Assembly: GCF_026571515.1 (NCBI RefSeq)
Contig: NW_026865957.1
Location: 186,001 to 250,000, forward strand
Source: Ruditapes philippinarum
Lineage: Eukaryota
Length of the DNA: 64,000 nucleotides
Direction: 5' to 3'
Below the pieces are notes generated by a model, which ran no database searches, was not told the origin of the DNA, and saw only the letters and a program-made list of their open reading frames with translations. Of this stretch, positions 1-12,884 are shown piece after piece (the stretch's first letter is position 1; each line of letters starts with the position of its first letter). Both the position numbers and the translations under genes were made by a program.

Positions 1-919
1 TATTGTGAAGTGACCGAAGAAAGTAATTTACACATTGCAAACAACACTTTCATTTAAATAACCAAAAAGAGGTCATAATATGCAAAAATAGCCCTTATTG
101 CATTAGTCATGCAGTAGAAATATAGTAATAAATAATGCAAAATAGAGTCATTTCTCACAGATAACAATTGTAAATTACTATCTTCAATCTTGAATTTTTT
201 TCATTTCTTAAAATCTTAGAACATTTTTCTCATGTTTGATTTTCTTGAAATATTTTTTGCCTATCTGAATGCATGCAGCTTTAATAATTTTTATTTTTGA
301 CCTTTTTATGATGGAAAGTGACTGCAACATTAATGGCATGTTAACATATCTATTATACTTTGTACACATAAATTGTTAAATGGAAAGGGAAATAAAATGG
401 AAAGTCCAGGGTTTGTAAACATTTGATGATGTCATCATGCTTGATGTTTGAAACAAGGTCAACTTTTAAGTTCTATATATATAGTGTAGTAACAGTTAAA
501 TCACTGAATAAACACTGAAACTTTTGAACAAAGTATATTATATATATATATATACTTTGTTCAATGTTTACAATGTTTGTGTGATTCAACTGTTACCACA
601 CTAAATATCTTGCACTAAACTGGTCAACCGTTCATCCTGGACTAAACCAATCCTCCTTTTTAGTGAGTATTTCCAAATAAGTTCTGACCGAAAAGTCAAC
701 AATGCAGACCATGATAAGAAGGTACGCATGTACTGGCTGATCTTGGTCCGCACTGGTTGCATTGGTAAATTTAGTCGCTGCCACAAGGCTAAGGGTTAAA
801 ACAAACAAAAACTGTTAACAGGTAGTCTAAAATGATACAGATTGTAAAGAAACCTTGGATGTCTATATACAGGCAAAATTTCAGTCAATAAATTGTAAAG
901 GTTATTGAACCTGATGTAA

Positions 920-3187
920 TTAGTCCCCTACCGGTTTACCGGAGGAGACTTTAGGTTTACCCTCCGTCCGTCTGTCCGTCCGTCAGTCCGTCCGTCCACA
1001 AAACTGGATCCCGCAATAACGCAAAAAGTACTGAAATTATTTTAATGAAACTTGATATATGGGTAGATGGCAGTATGAAGATTATGCACGTCTTTTTCTT
1101 TTCTTCCTATGTTGAAAATTCTGGTTGCTATGGCAACAAATAGACTGAAAATATGGAACATTTTACACATAACCTGGATCCCACGATAGCGCAAAATGTA
1201 CTGAAAATATTTTTATGAAACTGGAGATATGAATCGATGGCAGTATGGAGATTATGCACGTCTTTTTGTTTTTTTCCTATGCTGAAAATTCTGGTTGCTA
1301 TGGCAACAAATAGACTGAAAATATGGCAAATTTTACACATAACCTGGATACCGCAATAATGCAAGAAGTATTAAAAATATTTTTATGGAACTTGATATAT
1401 GGATAGATGGCAGTATGGAGATTACGCATGTCTTTTTCTTTTTTTCCTATGCTGAAAATTCTGGTTGCTATAGCAACAAATAGACTGAAAATATGGCAAA
1501 TTTTACACATAACCTGGATCCAGTGATATTGCAAAAGTACTGAAAATATTTTTATGAAACTTGACATATGGGTAGATGGCAGTCTGGAAATTATGCACAT
1601 CCTTTTCTTATCTTCCTATGTTGAAAATTCTGGTTGCTATGGCAACAAATAGACTGAATTTCAAGATTTCTGATTCTAGTTTTTAAGTTTTTTCACTATA
1701 AGTTCTTTATTTCTTAAGGTATTTTCTTCAAACTTTAAATAAAAGTTGCTAGTCATCAACCACATCATATGTGACAAGGTTTACAACTCTAGCACAAAAT
1801 TTATCAGAATTACCTCCCTTGAACTTTAAATTTTCATGAAAAAAATGTTGTTTTTTTAATAACTTCTTTTTATGCCCCCACAATGTGTAGATGGTAGTAA
1901 AGGAAGGAAGTTTCGCTGCGACCAAATTTAACAGAATTATGGCCCTTTGTTGATTTTTTCACTATATACTATTTAGAAATTTTGTGAACGCAACTTCTCT
2001 TAAACCGGATGGCAGATTTTGCTTAAACTTCCAGAGATGAACAACCTTAATGTGTAGATGGTAGTAAAGGAAGGAATTTTCGCTGCGACCAAATGTAACA
2101 GAATTATGGCCCTTTGTTGATTTTTACACTATATACTATGTAGAAATTTTGTGAACGCAACTCCTCTTAAACCGGATGGCAAATTTTGCATGAACTTCCA
2201 GGGATGAACAACCTTAATGTGTAGATGGTATAAAAGGAAGGAATTTTTGCTGCGACCAAATTTAACAGAATTATGGCCCTTTGTTGATTTTTTCACTATA
2301 TACTATGTAGAAATTTTGTGAATGCAACTCCTCTTAAACCGGATGGCAGATTTTGCTTAAACTTCCTGGGATGAACAAAATTTATCAGAATTATGGCCCT
2401 TTGTTGATTTTAAGTTTTCAACTTGTGGCACATGTTAGTCCAAAAAATATTTGACCTAGAGTCATAAGATTGACAGAACAGTGGCGTGTGGGGGCATCCG
2501 TGTCCTATGGACACATTTCTAGTTTTCTGAATGTATCTACTTCAAACTTCATATCTATGTTTCTTATTATCACTCAACATTTGTGAAAAAGTTCAATACT
2601 CTAGCAGGACTATTTCCAGAATTATGCCCCTTTTGAACTTAGACTTTTTTTCGAGAAGTTGGTAATTTTTACTCCAACTTCTTCAATCATGATAGGATTT
2701 TCTTCAAACTCTCACATCATAATATTATGACAAGGTTTATAAATCTAGCATCCATATTTCCAGAATTATCTCCTCCTTAAACTTTCAATTTTTCTTATTC
2801 GTTCTTTTAACTTTTATTTACTTCAAATTCAAAATAAACATTCATTATTCATACCTTCATTACTAATTGTTCTTTGTTACACTCACATCATGTATGACAT
2901 CTTGCATCTTTATTTCAAGAGTTATCTCCTTTTTAAAAATTTTGCTTTTAAAAATGTTATATTTTGATAACAGGGATGTTTAAAAAATAACTTTAGAGTG
3001 TCCTTCAGTCCGTCTGTCTGTCTGTACATAAAAACTGTTTCCTGTGATCACTTTTAAAGAACTTTTTCAACAAATTTACTTAAAATAGAAACATAAGTGA
3101 ATGGCCAATGGCCCTTCAGAATGTTGCTGGGGTTCTTACAGGTAGGGGACTTATGGATTGCTTGCAATACTATGATAACTGCTTGTT
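920..3187 (+). mobile_element. Non-autonomous Helentron/HINE (DINE-1/pearl-like) element with internal ~176-bp tandem repeats
   Basis: Subterminal IR agtcccctacc...ggtaggggact, (GTCC/GTCT)n microsatellite near the 5' end, about 4 tandem units at 1005-1660, T-rich ends. Confidence 0.7.
1867..2525 (+). mobile_element. Nested HINE-like element with ~170-bp tandem repeats
   Basis: IR atgcccccac...gtgggggcat, 3' hairpin gtgtcc-tat-ggacac, about 3 tandem units, inserted in a T-run. Confidence 0.7.
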
Positions 3188-3503
3188 TTTATACTTGAAT
3201 CATTTGGTTAAGTCATGAACTGGTGTTCATAAATGTGTGGCAATTTTTATATTGGTTGTAATTATTTGTTTGGTAATTTTTTATTCTAATTTTTTTTATT
3301 AACTTTTTTTTTTTTTTTGCTATTGCAGGAATGTCTTGTTACTCTTGTGAAAAAGCTGATATTATTTTTATTTTTGTTTTATTTTTTGCTCATGTATCAT
3401 TAATATTGCGATGATATTATTATATCATTTTATGAGAATTTTTTTTACTATTTTTAAAATATTTGTAACTACACAATGTATATGCTTATGTTTCTTTAAG
3501 ACA

Positions 3504-4430
3504 TTTTTAGCTCGACTTTTCTATGAAAAGGGGAGCTATCCTACTCGCCCCGGCGTCGGCGTTGGCGTCACACCTTGGTTAAGTTTTTCGTACCACCCCA
3601 CTTTATTTCAGAAGTATTACAAGTATGGCTTTGAAACTTACCATACTTGTTCACCATCATAACCTCCATCTACAGACAAGAGTACATAACTCTGTCAAGG
3701 TTTTTGACAGAATTATGGCCCTTTTTTGACTTAGAAAGTGTATTGAGCTTGGTTAAGTTTTTTGTACCACCTCACTTTATTTCAAAACCATTGGAGGTAT
3801 TGCTTTGAAACTGACCATACTTGTTTACCATCACGACCTTCATCAACAGACAAGAGGACATAACTCTGTCAAGGTTTTTGACAGAATTATGCCCCTTTTT
3901 GACTTAGAAAATACATTGAATATGGGTAAAATCCACTTATTGCCTTAACCCTTTGAGATATTGCTTTGAAACTTTTAATGCTATTTCACATCATTACCCC
4001 CATCTGTACGCAAGAGAAGGTAACTCTGTCAAGGATTTGTTTTAAAAATTAAGGCCTTTTATCGACTTAGAATCTTGGTTAAGTTTTTAGTACCAGTCCA
4101 CTTTTTGACTGAACTGTTTGAGATATTAATTTGAAAGTTGGAATACTTGTTTACAATCATGATTCCCAAACATGTCCAGGAGAAGGTAATTCTGTCAAAG
4201 ATTTTATTTGAATTATGGCCCTTAACTGTCAATGTTTTGTATTATAGGCAAGCAGTGTTCAAGGGTATCACACAATTCAGTAAAATAATTCTTCACTAAA
4301 TATCTTAATGCTCATGGCCATTGTTCACTTTAAAAATACAGAGATTCTTGTATTGCCTTTTACTGCAAAAACTTTTTTTATTGGCAAGCAATAAAAAAGT
4401 CGAGCGCGCTGTCTTACGGACAGCTCTTTT
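3504..4430 (+). mobile_element. HINE-like element, copy 1
   Basis: IR gctcgactttt...aaaagtcgagc, (GGCGTC)n tract, 3' hairpin gctgtc-ttacg-gacagc; near-identical to 11362-12308. Confidence 0.8.
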
Positions 4431-5073
4431 TTCTCATATTATAAAATGTCATTTTATAAAGTGTTCATAGAAGTGCTGGTTGTGAAACTGAAAATTTATG
4501 CTATAAACTTAGATTTTTTTAATATTTGGATATTGGGATATTGTCTTAAATATTTATTCTGGGACATTATAAAATGGCACAAGCAACTCTAGATTAGTGA
4601 TGTATTGTCTTCTTGTCCAGTCAGATGCATATACTGCCATTTCGTCTTGTTGGCCAATGTGAAATGTATCTTTTAGTCATAGGTTTTTATAGAAATATAG
4701 ACAACTAAGATTTTAAAATTCCTTTTGTATTTACATTATCTTAACACATTGTTATGAAATATATCACTCTTATACAAATTCTAAGCTTATTGATTTATTG
4801 ACTGTAAGTTGGATACCAACATAAGATTGATTTCCAGTTTTGTTGTCGGAGGTTTCCTGTCATGTTATATCATGTCCCAGATATAGTTAATCACCTTAGT
4901 GATGTAACAGGTTTTCTCCTATTAAATTATATAAGGAGTTAACTCATTACTGTACTAAGGTGACAATATACTGAACAAAGTAATAAGATATAAGGATACT
5001 ATAGCTGTATCAAGTGGTTAATTCTAAACCATAGTGATAATTTATCATTACTGGATGACACAATAATATAGAT

Positions 5074-5272
5074 ATGAGCCGTGTCATGACAAAACCAACA
5101 TAGTGCGTTTGCGACCAGCATGGATCCAGACCAGCCTGCACATCCGCGCAGTCTGATCAGGATACATGCTGTTCGCTATCAGTTTCTCTACTTGTTATAG
5201 GGTTGCGCAGGCTGGTCTGGGTACATGCAGGACGCAAACACATTACGTTGGTTTTGTCATGGCGCGGCTCAT
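5074..5272. mobile_element. Palindromic MITE (internally deleted copy)
   Basis: atgagccg...acaaaaccaaca / tggttttgtc...cggctcat inverted ends; same family as the copies at 23347, 26004, 29966 and 38246. Confidence 0.8.
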
Positions 5273-5612
5273 ATATGTATATACATAACACATTTGTATA
5301 CATATATTTTACTTGCACACCCATATTTTCATAATTTTGATAAAAATGCAATGCCATGTTTTTTGCATGATATTATGATCTGTATAATATTGAAATTATA
5401 TTTAATAAATGACCTCTTCATTTTTTCTGACCATCTTTTCTCATCACTTTTACAAAATGAAAAAAACTGTTCATACATTTGGTGAATTTTTGTTATTTCT
5501 AGACATTTTAGTAATTTATCACTTTTCATAATCTGTATAGATATACATTTTAATCAATAGAAAAAATATGATTGATATACATCAATGATCATTTTAATGG
5601 ACCATTCCAGTG

Positions 5613-5952
5613 TTAAAGGAACTCCACTGAGGTCCAAAAGTCTAAAAACATAGAATTTGAATTTCTTACATAGAACAACTGTGGCACTTAAAAACGGAAA
5701 GATATGCAAAAGAAAATTGAGAAATATACTCCCAAATGAATTGAAAGTTGTATTTTTGTGCTTTTCTTAACCAAATTCGAGTGAAAAGCATTGCAACGCT
5801 TTTCAAGTCTTAGTAAGGAAAAATGGAGTGAGCTAAAGATTTGAAATTGTACACACATGTTATTGATCTAGACCTACATCAAATGGAACATTAATCTTGA
5901 AAAATTATTTCAGTCCTGTATTGTCAAAAAAACCTCAGTTTAGCCCCTTTAA
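5613..5952. mobile_element. TTAA-flanked MITE-like element (Kolobok/piggyBac-type ends)
   Basis: ttaaagga..actgagg / cctcagt..cctttaa imperfect inverted ends; related reversed fragments end near 25036 and 33492. Confidence 0.5.
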
Positions 5953-7317
5953 CAGTTTTATGCAATTTGGATGACTTGTTATCCAATTGGTACACTGGGA
6001 TAATACATTGTCACTGGTTGACCTGATTTACGCAAAAAGAATACATTGTTTGTTTGTAAATACTGTTTGTGAACAATTGACCTAGCAAAGAATTGTAAAG
6101 GTGGGGCTAATATTTTTCACTGCTAAAAACTGAAAAGGTCCATTGATGATAACTGTACAGGAAACACATGAAACAGACATCAAAAAAGTAATATTTACAT
6201 TTTAATTTTATTCTGGTTATTTTTTAACCTGGTTGTGCCATACATTGACTTTTCCATCATTTTTTTTTTCATTGATACCTTAATTAATCAAAAGGAGTAA
6301 GGTCAAAGTGTTCTTGTCCATGTATATAACAAGTATTTGTTTTGCTTGCATCGCTATTACTCTTTTTTTGTTAGATAAAGCTACATGATGCTTATTTTTG
6401 TGGTGAAGTTGAGCTGAATGAACAATATATTTCAAAAGATTTTGTATTGTAAGGGTGATTGAGCAATGATTGCTTATGACTAATATTAAGAGTAAAATAT
6501 AAAATGATGTCAAAAGTATTTTTAAGAAGACAAACATTGCATGTCTTAAATGTAAATTACTGCCTCGCTCTTTTTATTACACTAATTTTAATGATAAATT
6601 CTGAGGAATATTTAATATTGACGTTTCTATAAGTCATATAGGTTATTAATTAATTATTCATGGACTGCAGTATATAAAATGGATAATAATTAATGATAAA
6701 ATGCACAGTTATTTTAACTTATACCTATACACTTACCATTTATACATGTACTTTGGGGTATACATAAAGTCACTTTAAATTGTTATTATATTTTTAAGCT
6801 ATGCTTACATTTGTTTATGCACAATTTGATATTGTTGATATATAAACTTATATCAAAAGATATAAGTCATTGTTCTGCTTATAGAAACAGTCAATACTTT
6901 GCTCAGGGCTTATAGAAATATGCTGTCATAATGTAGATTCAGTTTTAGATGAATTGTAGATTGTTTTATTTTCATTTTATACTTTGTAGAAACCATTCTT
7001 GTAATAATTTGTACTTTAAAACTTTTTATATAGATAAATGAAGCTGGATTTGTTTAAATTTTTTTGCTTGAAAATCATGATCACGGAATAATGTTTATAA
7101 GTTACAAAAACTTACCATACAGTCTGGTCTTCCAATTAATTACAGATATAAAAGAAATTAGAGATTGATCATGAAAAATATTGTCTGGTGAATGTGATCT
7201 GAATTTAGCTGAATTTAATCTGTTTGTGTCGGAATTGATTTCTGAAATTTTGCTTTATTTTGAACTTTTTTCAGAGAATTTTCAGAAAAAATCATATAGA
7301 CCTACTGAGATGTAGAA

Positions 7318-7512
7318 CTTTTCAGCCCAAATTCAGAAACTTTCAGCCCAAATTCAGAAACTTTTAGCCTAAATTAGAAATCTTTCAGCCCAAATTCAGA
7401 AACTTTTGGCCTAAATTATGAATCTATTAGCCCAAATTCAGTAACTGTCAGCCTAAATTAAGAAACTTTCAGCCCAAATTCAGAAACTTTCAGCCCAAAT
7501 TCAGAAACTCTC
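7318..7512. repeat. Minisatellite, ~21-22 bp unit (ttcagcccaaattcagaaact), about 9 copies
   Basis: Direct tandem units visible in the sequence. Confidence 0.9.
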
Positions 7513-8184
7513 AGATATCTTAATTGACTCTTAATTTAGAACACTTTGGTATAAAGATATTATGCACTCTTTTGATATTTGTTTAAATTTAGCTTGCCAA
7601 AATCCAAAGTGCATCTTTAGTCTTTACTGTGTCATTAATAAAAACTTTCGGTGCTATTTTTAATTATTATTATTATTTTTTATGCATGATTTTTATTGTT
7701 TTCTTTTACATTCATTAATGATTCTTATGTTTTAAAGCATAACGATTTGTCATTAGATTGTCTTAATTTAAAATTTGTCTCTTTAATTTTCTTTTTATTT
7801 TGTATTTTAATATACATGTATGTATACTGTATAGGAATTTTGAATAATGTGTTTAGATTAAATGGGCATTGTGAATGGAGGAATTACTACATGTAGTTTA
7901 TACTTTGTTGATTGATACTGAAATTCAAGGTGATTACACAAATAATCAATAATGGTTTGATTAATATGAGCAATATATGGAAATTGTGAAGTGCAGTCTT
8001 CTTAAAATGCAATCTGTTTTGGTTGTAGTGATTGCTTTGATAATTTAAACCTACTTAGACTATGGATTAATTGAGATTGCACAGAAGATAAATATGTTTA
8101 TGTAAATATAGAAGGTATAATAGGTTTATGTAAATAAAATTGGCTTCTTTTGGTCTAAGCAACAAAAAATGACAGATGTACCTA

Positions 8185-8680
8185 GTCTGTAAAGAGCCTT
8201 GCAAGCCTTAAATTGACCACTATTGTAGAGCCAGTCTGTGGAGATAGGCCAGCCTTGCATTGACCACTATTGTGGAGCAAGGCCAGCCTTGATCTCACCG
8301 CTACTGTAAAGTTAGTCCAGTCTTGCATTGTCCACTTCTGTAGAGCTAGGCCATCCTGAGTACCTGTATAGTCAGGCAAGCCTTGTTCTTTCCACAATTG
8401 TAGAGCCAGGCAAGCCTTGCACTATCCACTATTGTAGAGCTAGATCAGTCTGTCAACCAGTTCAGTCATGCCAGCCTTGAACTGTTCACTATTGTAGAGC
8501 CAGGCCAACCTTGCAACATCTACCAAAATTGTAGAGCTAAGAAAGCTTGTACAGTTCACCTGTGTAGTTAAACCAGCCTTGCACTGTCCAACATTGTAGT
8601 ACCAGGCCAGCCTGTACAACTACAATCCACTTTTTTTAAAGCCAGACTAGCACGCAAGCCTTACATTGTAGGGCCAGATC
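8185..8680. repeat. Degenerate minisatellite, ~35 bp unit (attgtagagccaggcaagccttgcact-ccact)
   Basis: Recurrent tgtagagc / agccttg cores at regular spacing. Confidence 0.75.
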
Positions 8681-9084
8681 ATGATTGAATAAATGTTCTG
8701 TTTATTTTCTAATGTTTGTCATATTATGAAGTTGTAGTAAGGCGTATTTATTGCATAAAAAGAACACTTTGATAATAAACATTTATTTTATATTGTTTGT
8801 GATTTCACTGCCCCCTACTTACTCTTGGAAAAGTTCCTAATTAAAAGTGAAGAAGTGACATAACTCAGTTATGATCATAGACAATGGTAGAATATACAAG
8901 AAAAAATATCTGACATGTGTTGAAGGTTCAGATCAGAATATCTGTAAGCCTCATTACCACCCATTGGATGGGTACTCTAGGGACAAATATTCCGATTCAA
9001 ACCATATATGACAGATATTATTTGCTTGACTTTTTCAAAGAAAAATTCCAGCTGTTGCTACAGTCAGGATGTCATTAGCGTCCA

Positions 9085-9600
9085 GGGGTCGTATTCATAA
9101 AGGATCTTAAGTTTTAAGGGAAAAATGTCCTTATCTTGAAGAAAACTCCCTAAGGTAAAATTTTCCCTTAACTTTGAAGTCAAAAATCCCTTAAGTGAAT
9201 TCCTTAGGCAAGAAATTCCTTAACTTAAATTTTATCCTAAGGTGAAAATTTCGTTCAATAGCAGTTTTTCTATTTGTAATTACCGACTGGAGAGCACTGA
9301 CTGTGCTAAAAATAGTAACAAAAACAAGATGGCTGACCTAGAGCAGGAAATGCGCGACGTTTCAAACCTTTTCATGGATATTTGTTGTATATCATGGAAT
9401 TATTCGGACAGTCATCATATGAAGCAGGCAGAGGAAAAAGATTGTGGGTTTAACACTAGTGGCATGGTTTGAGACTGACGTTTTTAAACATTATCAGTTT
9501 CATTCGCATGTTGTTCTTGTTTACCTAACTCGCTTCGAATTTTCCGAAAATACAAAGTGAAAGTAGGGTAAGTGTTTACTATTTTAGTAAAAATTTACCG
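9085..9600 (+). mobile_element. Probable PIF/Harbinger-type left end with decayed ORF start
   Basis: End ggggtcgtattcataaag..cttaag followed by reiterated ccttaa subterminal motifs and a short disrupted ORF. No matching right end was found. Confidence 0.4.
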
Positions 9601-10737
9601 ATAAATTATGCCGATATGATTAAACATACGTAATAGCATGTTTACTAAAGAACCAATGTTTTACTCCTAATTGATTTCTTGACGATACATTTGACAATTT
9701 TTCTGAATTTCGAGACGGAGTCAATAACTCAAATTATTCGTCCCCTGATCACTTCGTGCACATTTTGCCTGTTTTTGGTAAATTGTTGGAAGTTGATACT
9801 TTTTTCTGAAAAAAACCATCTTGGTAACAAATTCAGAAGCCGTGTAGCAAGGGGGTTATTGGACGATTGCCAAAGTTTATTAATTTTAAACATCATCAAG
9901 TCCAAGGTACATGTAGATCTATATATACATGTACATCATACATCTAGCCCTCCATGTTTAATATTATCTTGTCTCTTAATTTTGTTTATAATTATTTACT
10001 TTTTTTTCATAGTTACAAGAACTAAAAGTTAGATATACATACCATATATAAAATAGGTAAATAATGTTTACAAATACAATATCATTAATTTAATGCTTTA
10101 ATACAATTTGAATTTACATATACATGTAATAGATTTAATGTTTGCCTTTTTAGCTCACCTGAGGTAGCTCAGGGTCAGCTTGTAGGATCATTGAATGTCC
10201 CTCATCTGTCATCCTACATATTTGTTTGTTATCACTCTTGTGGTCACCTTTTTGCCTCAATCATCATCAAACTTGGTTAGGATGCTTGTCTAGGTAATTG
10301 CTCGGACGAGTTCGAACATGGGTCATCTCGGATGAAAAACTAGGTCACAGGAGCTAAAAATAGAAAAATCTTTTAATACTAGTGGCTACTGTTTTTATCT
10401 AAATATCCTGGAAATTGGTCTGAAAGTTTGTTTTGATTATTTCTAGGTTAAGTTCGAATATGGGTCACCTGGGGTCAAAAACTAGGTCACACCTCCAAAT
10501 ATGGGAAAAAAGAACACATCACAAAATCTTAAGTTGAATAATTCAAGTATGACGCGTGACTTTAATTTTACCTTAATGGTCAAGGTCAAATTATTGAGAT
10601 TTGCTTAAATTGTCTTTAAATTGACTTGATTCAGATTCATACTTTGACAAAATAAACACACAGGACAAAATCGAGATGTTGGATTATTCTGATAATTGAT
10701 CTTGAATTGACTTTGATCGTGCAGGTCAAACTATGAA

Positions 10738-12884
10738 ATTTTATGCTCCCCAAAGGGAGAGCATATAGTCGCCTCCTTGTCCGTCTGTCCGTCTAATGTC
10801 TTGTCCAGAGCATAGCTTAAAAACCCTTGGAGATAATTTGTTTAAACTTCATACAGTGGTAGAGGGCATTGAGGTGGAGTGCAGTGTCAAAAAACCATAA
10901 CTCTATTTTCCCCGTTTTTTTTAATTATCTCCCCTTTTAGAAAAATCTTGTCTGGAACATAACTCTAAAACTATAAGAGATATCAACATGAAACTGTAGG
11001 TAAATATCTCCCCTTTTAGAAAAATCTTGTCCGGAACATAACTCTAAAACTATAAGAGATATCAACATGAAACTGTAGGTAAATAGATCTCAATGGGTTG
11101 ATGTCCGGTGCACAAGAAACATAACTCTTTTTTGCCTAATTTTGAAGTTATTGCCCTTTGTTTATTTTTTTGAACTTTGTCTTGGAAATTACACTAAAAC
11201 TAAAATATTATCAACATGAAACTTTGTTAATTTTAGCATTTTGAACTTTGCTGGAACATAACTCTAAAACTATAAGAGATATCAACATGAAACATTGTAG
11301 GTAGATAGATCTCATTGAATAGAAGTGCAGTGCAAAAGTACCATAACTCTGTTAAGCCTCATTTTTAGCTCGACTTTTCTATGAAAAGGGGAGCTATCCT
11401 ACTCGCCCCGGCGTCGGCGTCGGCGTTGGCGTCACACCTTGGTTAAGTTTTTCGTACCACCCCACTTTATTTCAGAAGTATTACAAGTATGGCTTTGAAA
11501 CTTACCATATACTTGTTCACCATCATAACCTCCATCTACAGACAAGAGTACATAACTCTGTCAAGGTTTTTGACAGAATTATGGCCCTTTTTTGACTTAG
11601 AAAGTGTATTGAGCTTGGTTAAGTTTTTTTGTACCACCTCACTTTATTTCAAAACCATTGGAGGTATTGCTTTGAAACTGACCATACTTGTTTACCATCA
11701 CGACCTTCATCAACAGACAAGAGGACATAACTCTGTCAAGGTTTTTGACAGAATTATGCCCCTTTTTGACTTAGAAAATACATTGAATATGGGTAAAATC
11801 CACTTATTGCCTTAACCCTTTGAGATATTGCTTTGAAACTTTTAATGCTATTTCACATCATTACCCCATCTGTACGCAAGAGAAGGTAACTCTGTCAAGG
11901 ATTTGTTTTAAAAATTAAGGCCTTTTATCGACTTAGAATCTTGGTTAAGTTTTTAGTACCAGTCCACTTTTTGACTGAACTGTTTGAGATATTAATTTGA
12001 AAGTTGGAATACTTGTTTACAATCATGATTCCCAAACATGTCCAGGAGAAGGTAATTCTGTCAAAGATTTTATTTGAATTATGGCCCTTAACTGTCAATG
12101 TTTTGACTTAAACATTTCAAACTTTGCTGCAGTGTTCAAGGGTATCACACAATTCAGTAAAATAATTCTTCACTAAATATCTTAATGCTCATGGCCATTG
12201 TTCACTTTAAAAATACAGAGATTCTTGTATTGCCTTTTACTGCAAAAACTTTTTTTATTGGCAAGCAATAAAAAAGTCGAGCGCGCTGTCTTACGGACAG
12301 CTCTTGTTTAATTATCTCCCCTTTTAGAAAAATCTTGTCCAGGACATAGCTGTAAAACTATAAGTGATATCAACGTGAAACTTTGAAAGTAGATATATCT
12401 CAATCAGTAGATGTGCAGTGCACAAGAATCATAACTCTGCCTTGCCTAATTTTGGAGTTATTGCCCTTTGTTTATTTTTACTTTTTGAACTTTGTCTTGG
12501 AAATTACTCTAAAACTACAAGAAATATCAACATGAAACTTTGAAGGTATTGTAGATCTAAATGAAAAGATGAACAGTGCACAAGAACTTGAACTCCGCCA
12601 TGCCAAATTTTGTAATTATTGCCCTTTATTCATTTTTACATTTTGAACTTTGTCCGGAACATAACTTGGAAACCATAAGAGGTATCAACAAGACACTTTG
12701 TAGGTTGATAGCTCCCATTGATTAGAAGTGCAGTGCAAAGAACAGTAACTCTGCCTTGCCTGATTTTGATATTATTGCACTTTGATCTTTTTCCAGGGAC
12801 ATAACTCTGAAACTACAAGGTGTACTTTCCTGTGTCCAAAACCTATTCGGGGAGCATCACCCGGCTCAAACTGGGCTCTTTTTT
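10738..12884 (+). mobile_element. HINE-like element with ~100-200 bp internal repeats
   Basis: IR atgctcccc...ggggagcat, GTCC/GTCT tract, 3' hairpin cccgg/ctggg, repeated cataactct...aaaactataagagatatcaacatgaaac units. Confidence 0.7.
11362..12308 (+). mobile_element. HINE-like element, copy 2 (nested)
   Basis: Near-identical to 3504-4430; splits a host repeat unit at a T-run. Confidence 0.85.

Noticed and set aside
1128-1600. Repetitive ORFs at 1128-1600, 11489-11815, 49008-49199 and 53475-54046
   Set aside because: They lie within internal tandem repeats of HINE-like elements and show no protein similarity.
3305-3340. Strong plus-strand acceptor (poly-T...ttgcag) as a coding exon
   Set aside because: No convincing ORF or donor follows. 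It could be a UTR exon of a gene outside the window, but that cannot be supported here.
7318-7512. Short regularly spaced repeats (also 8185-8680 and 27741-28162) as a CRISPR-like array
   Set aside because: The units abut with no unique spacers, there are no cas genes, and the context is eukaryotic. They are minisatellites.
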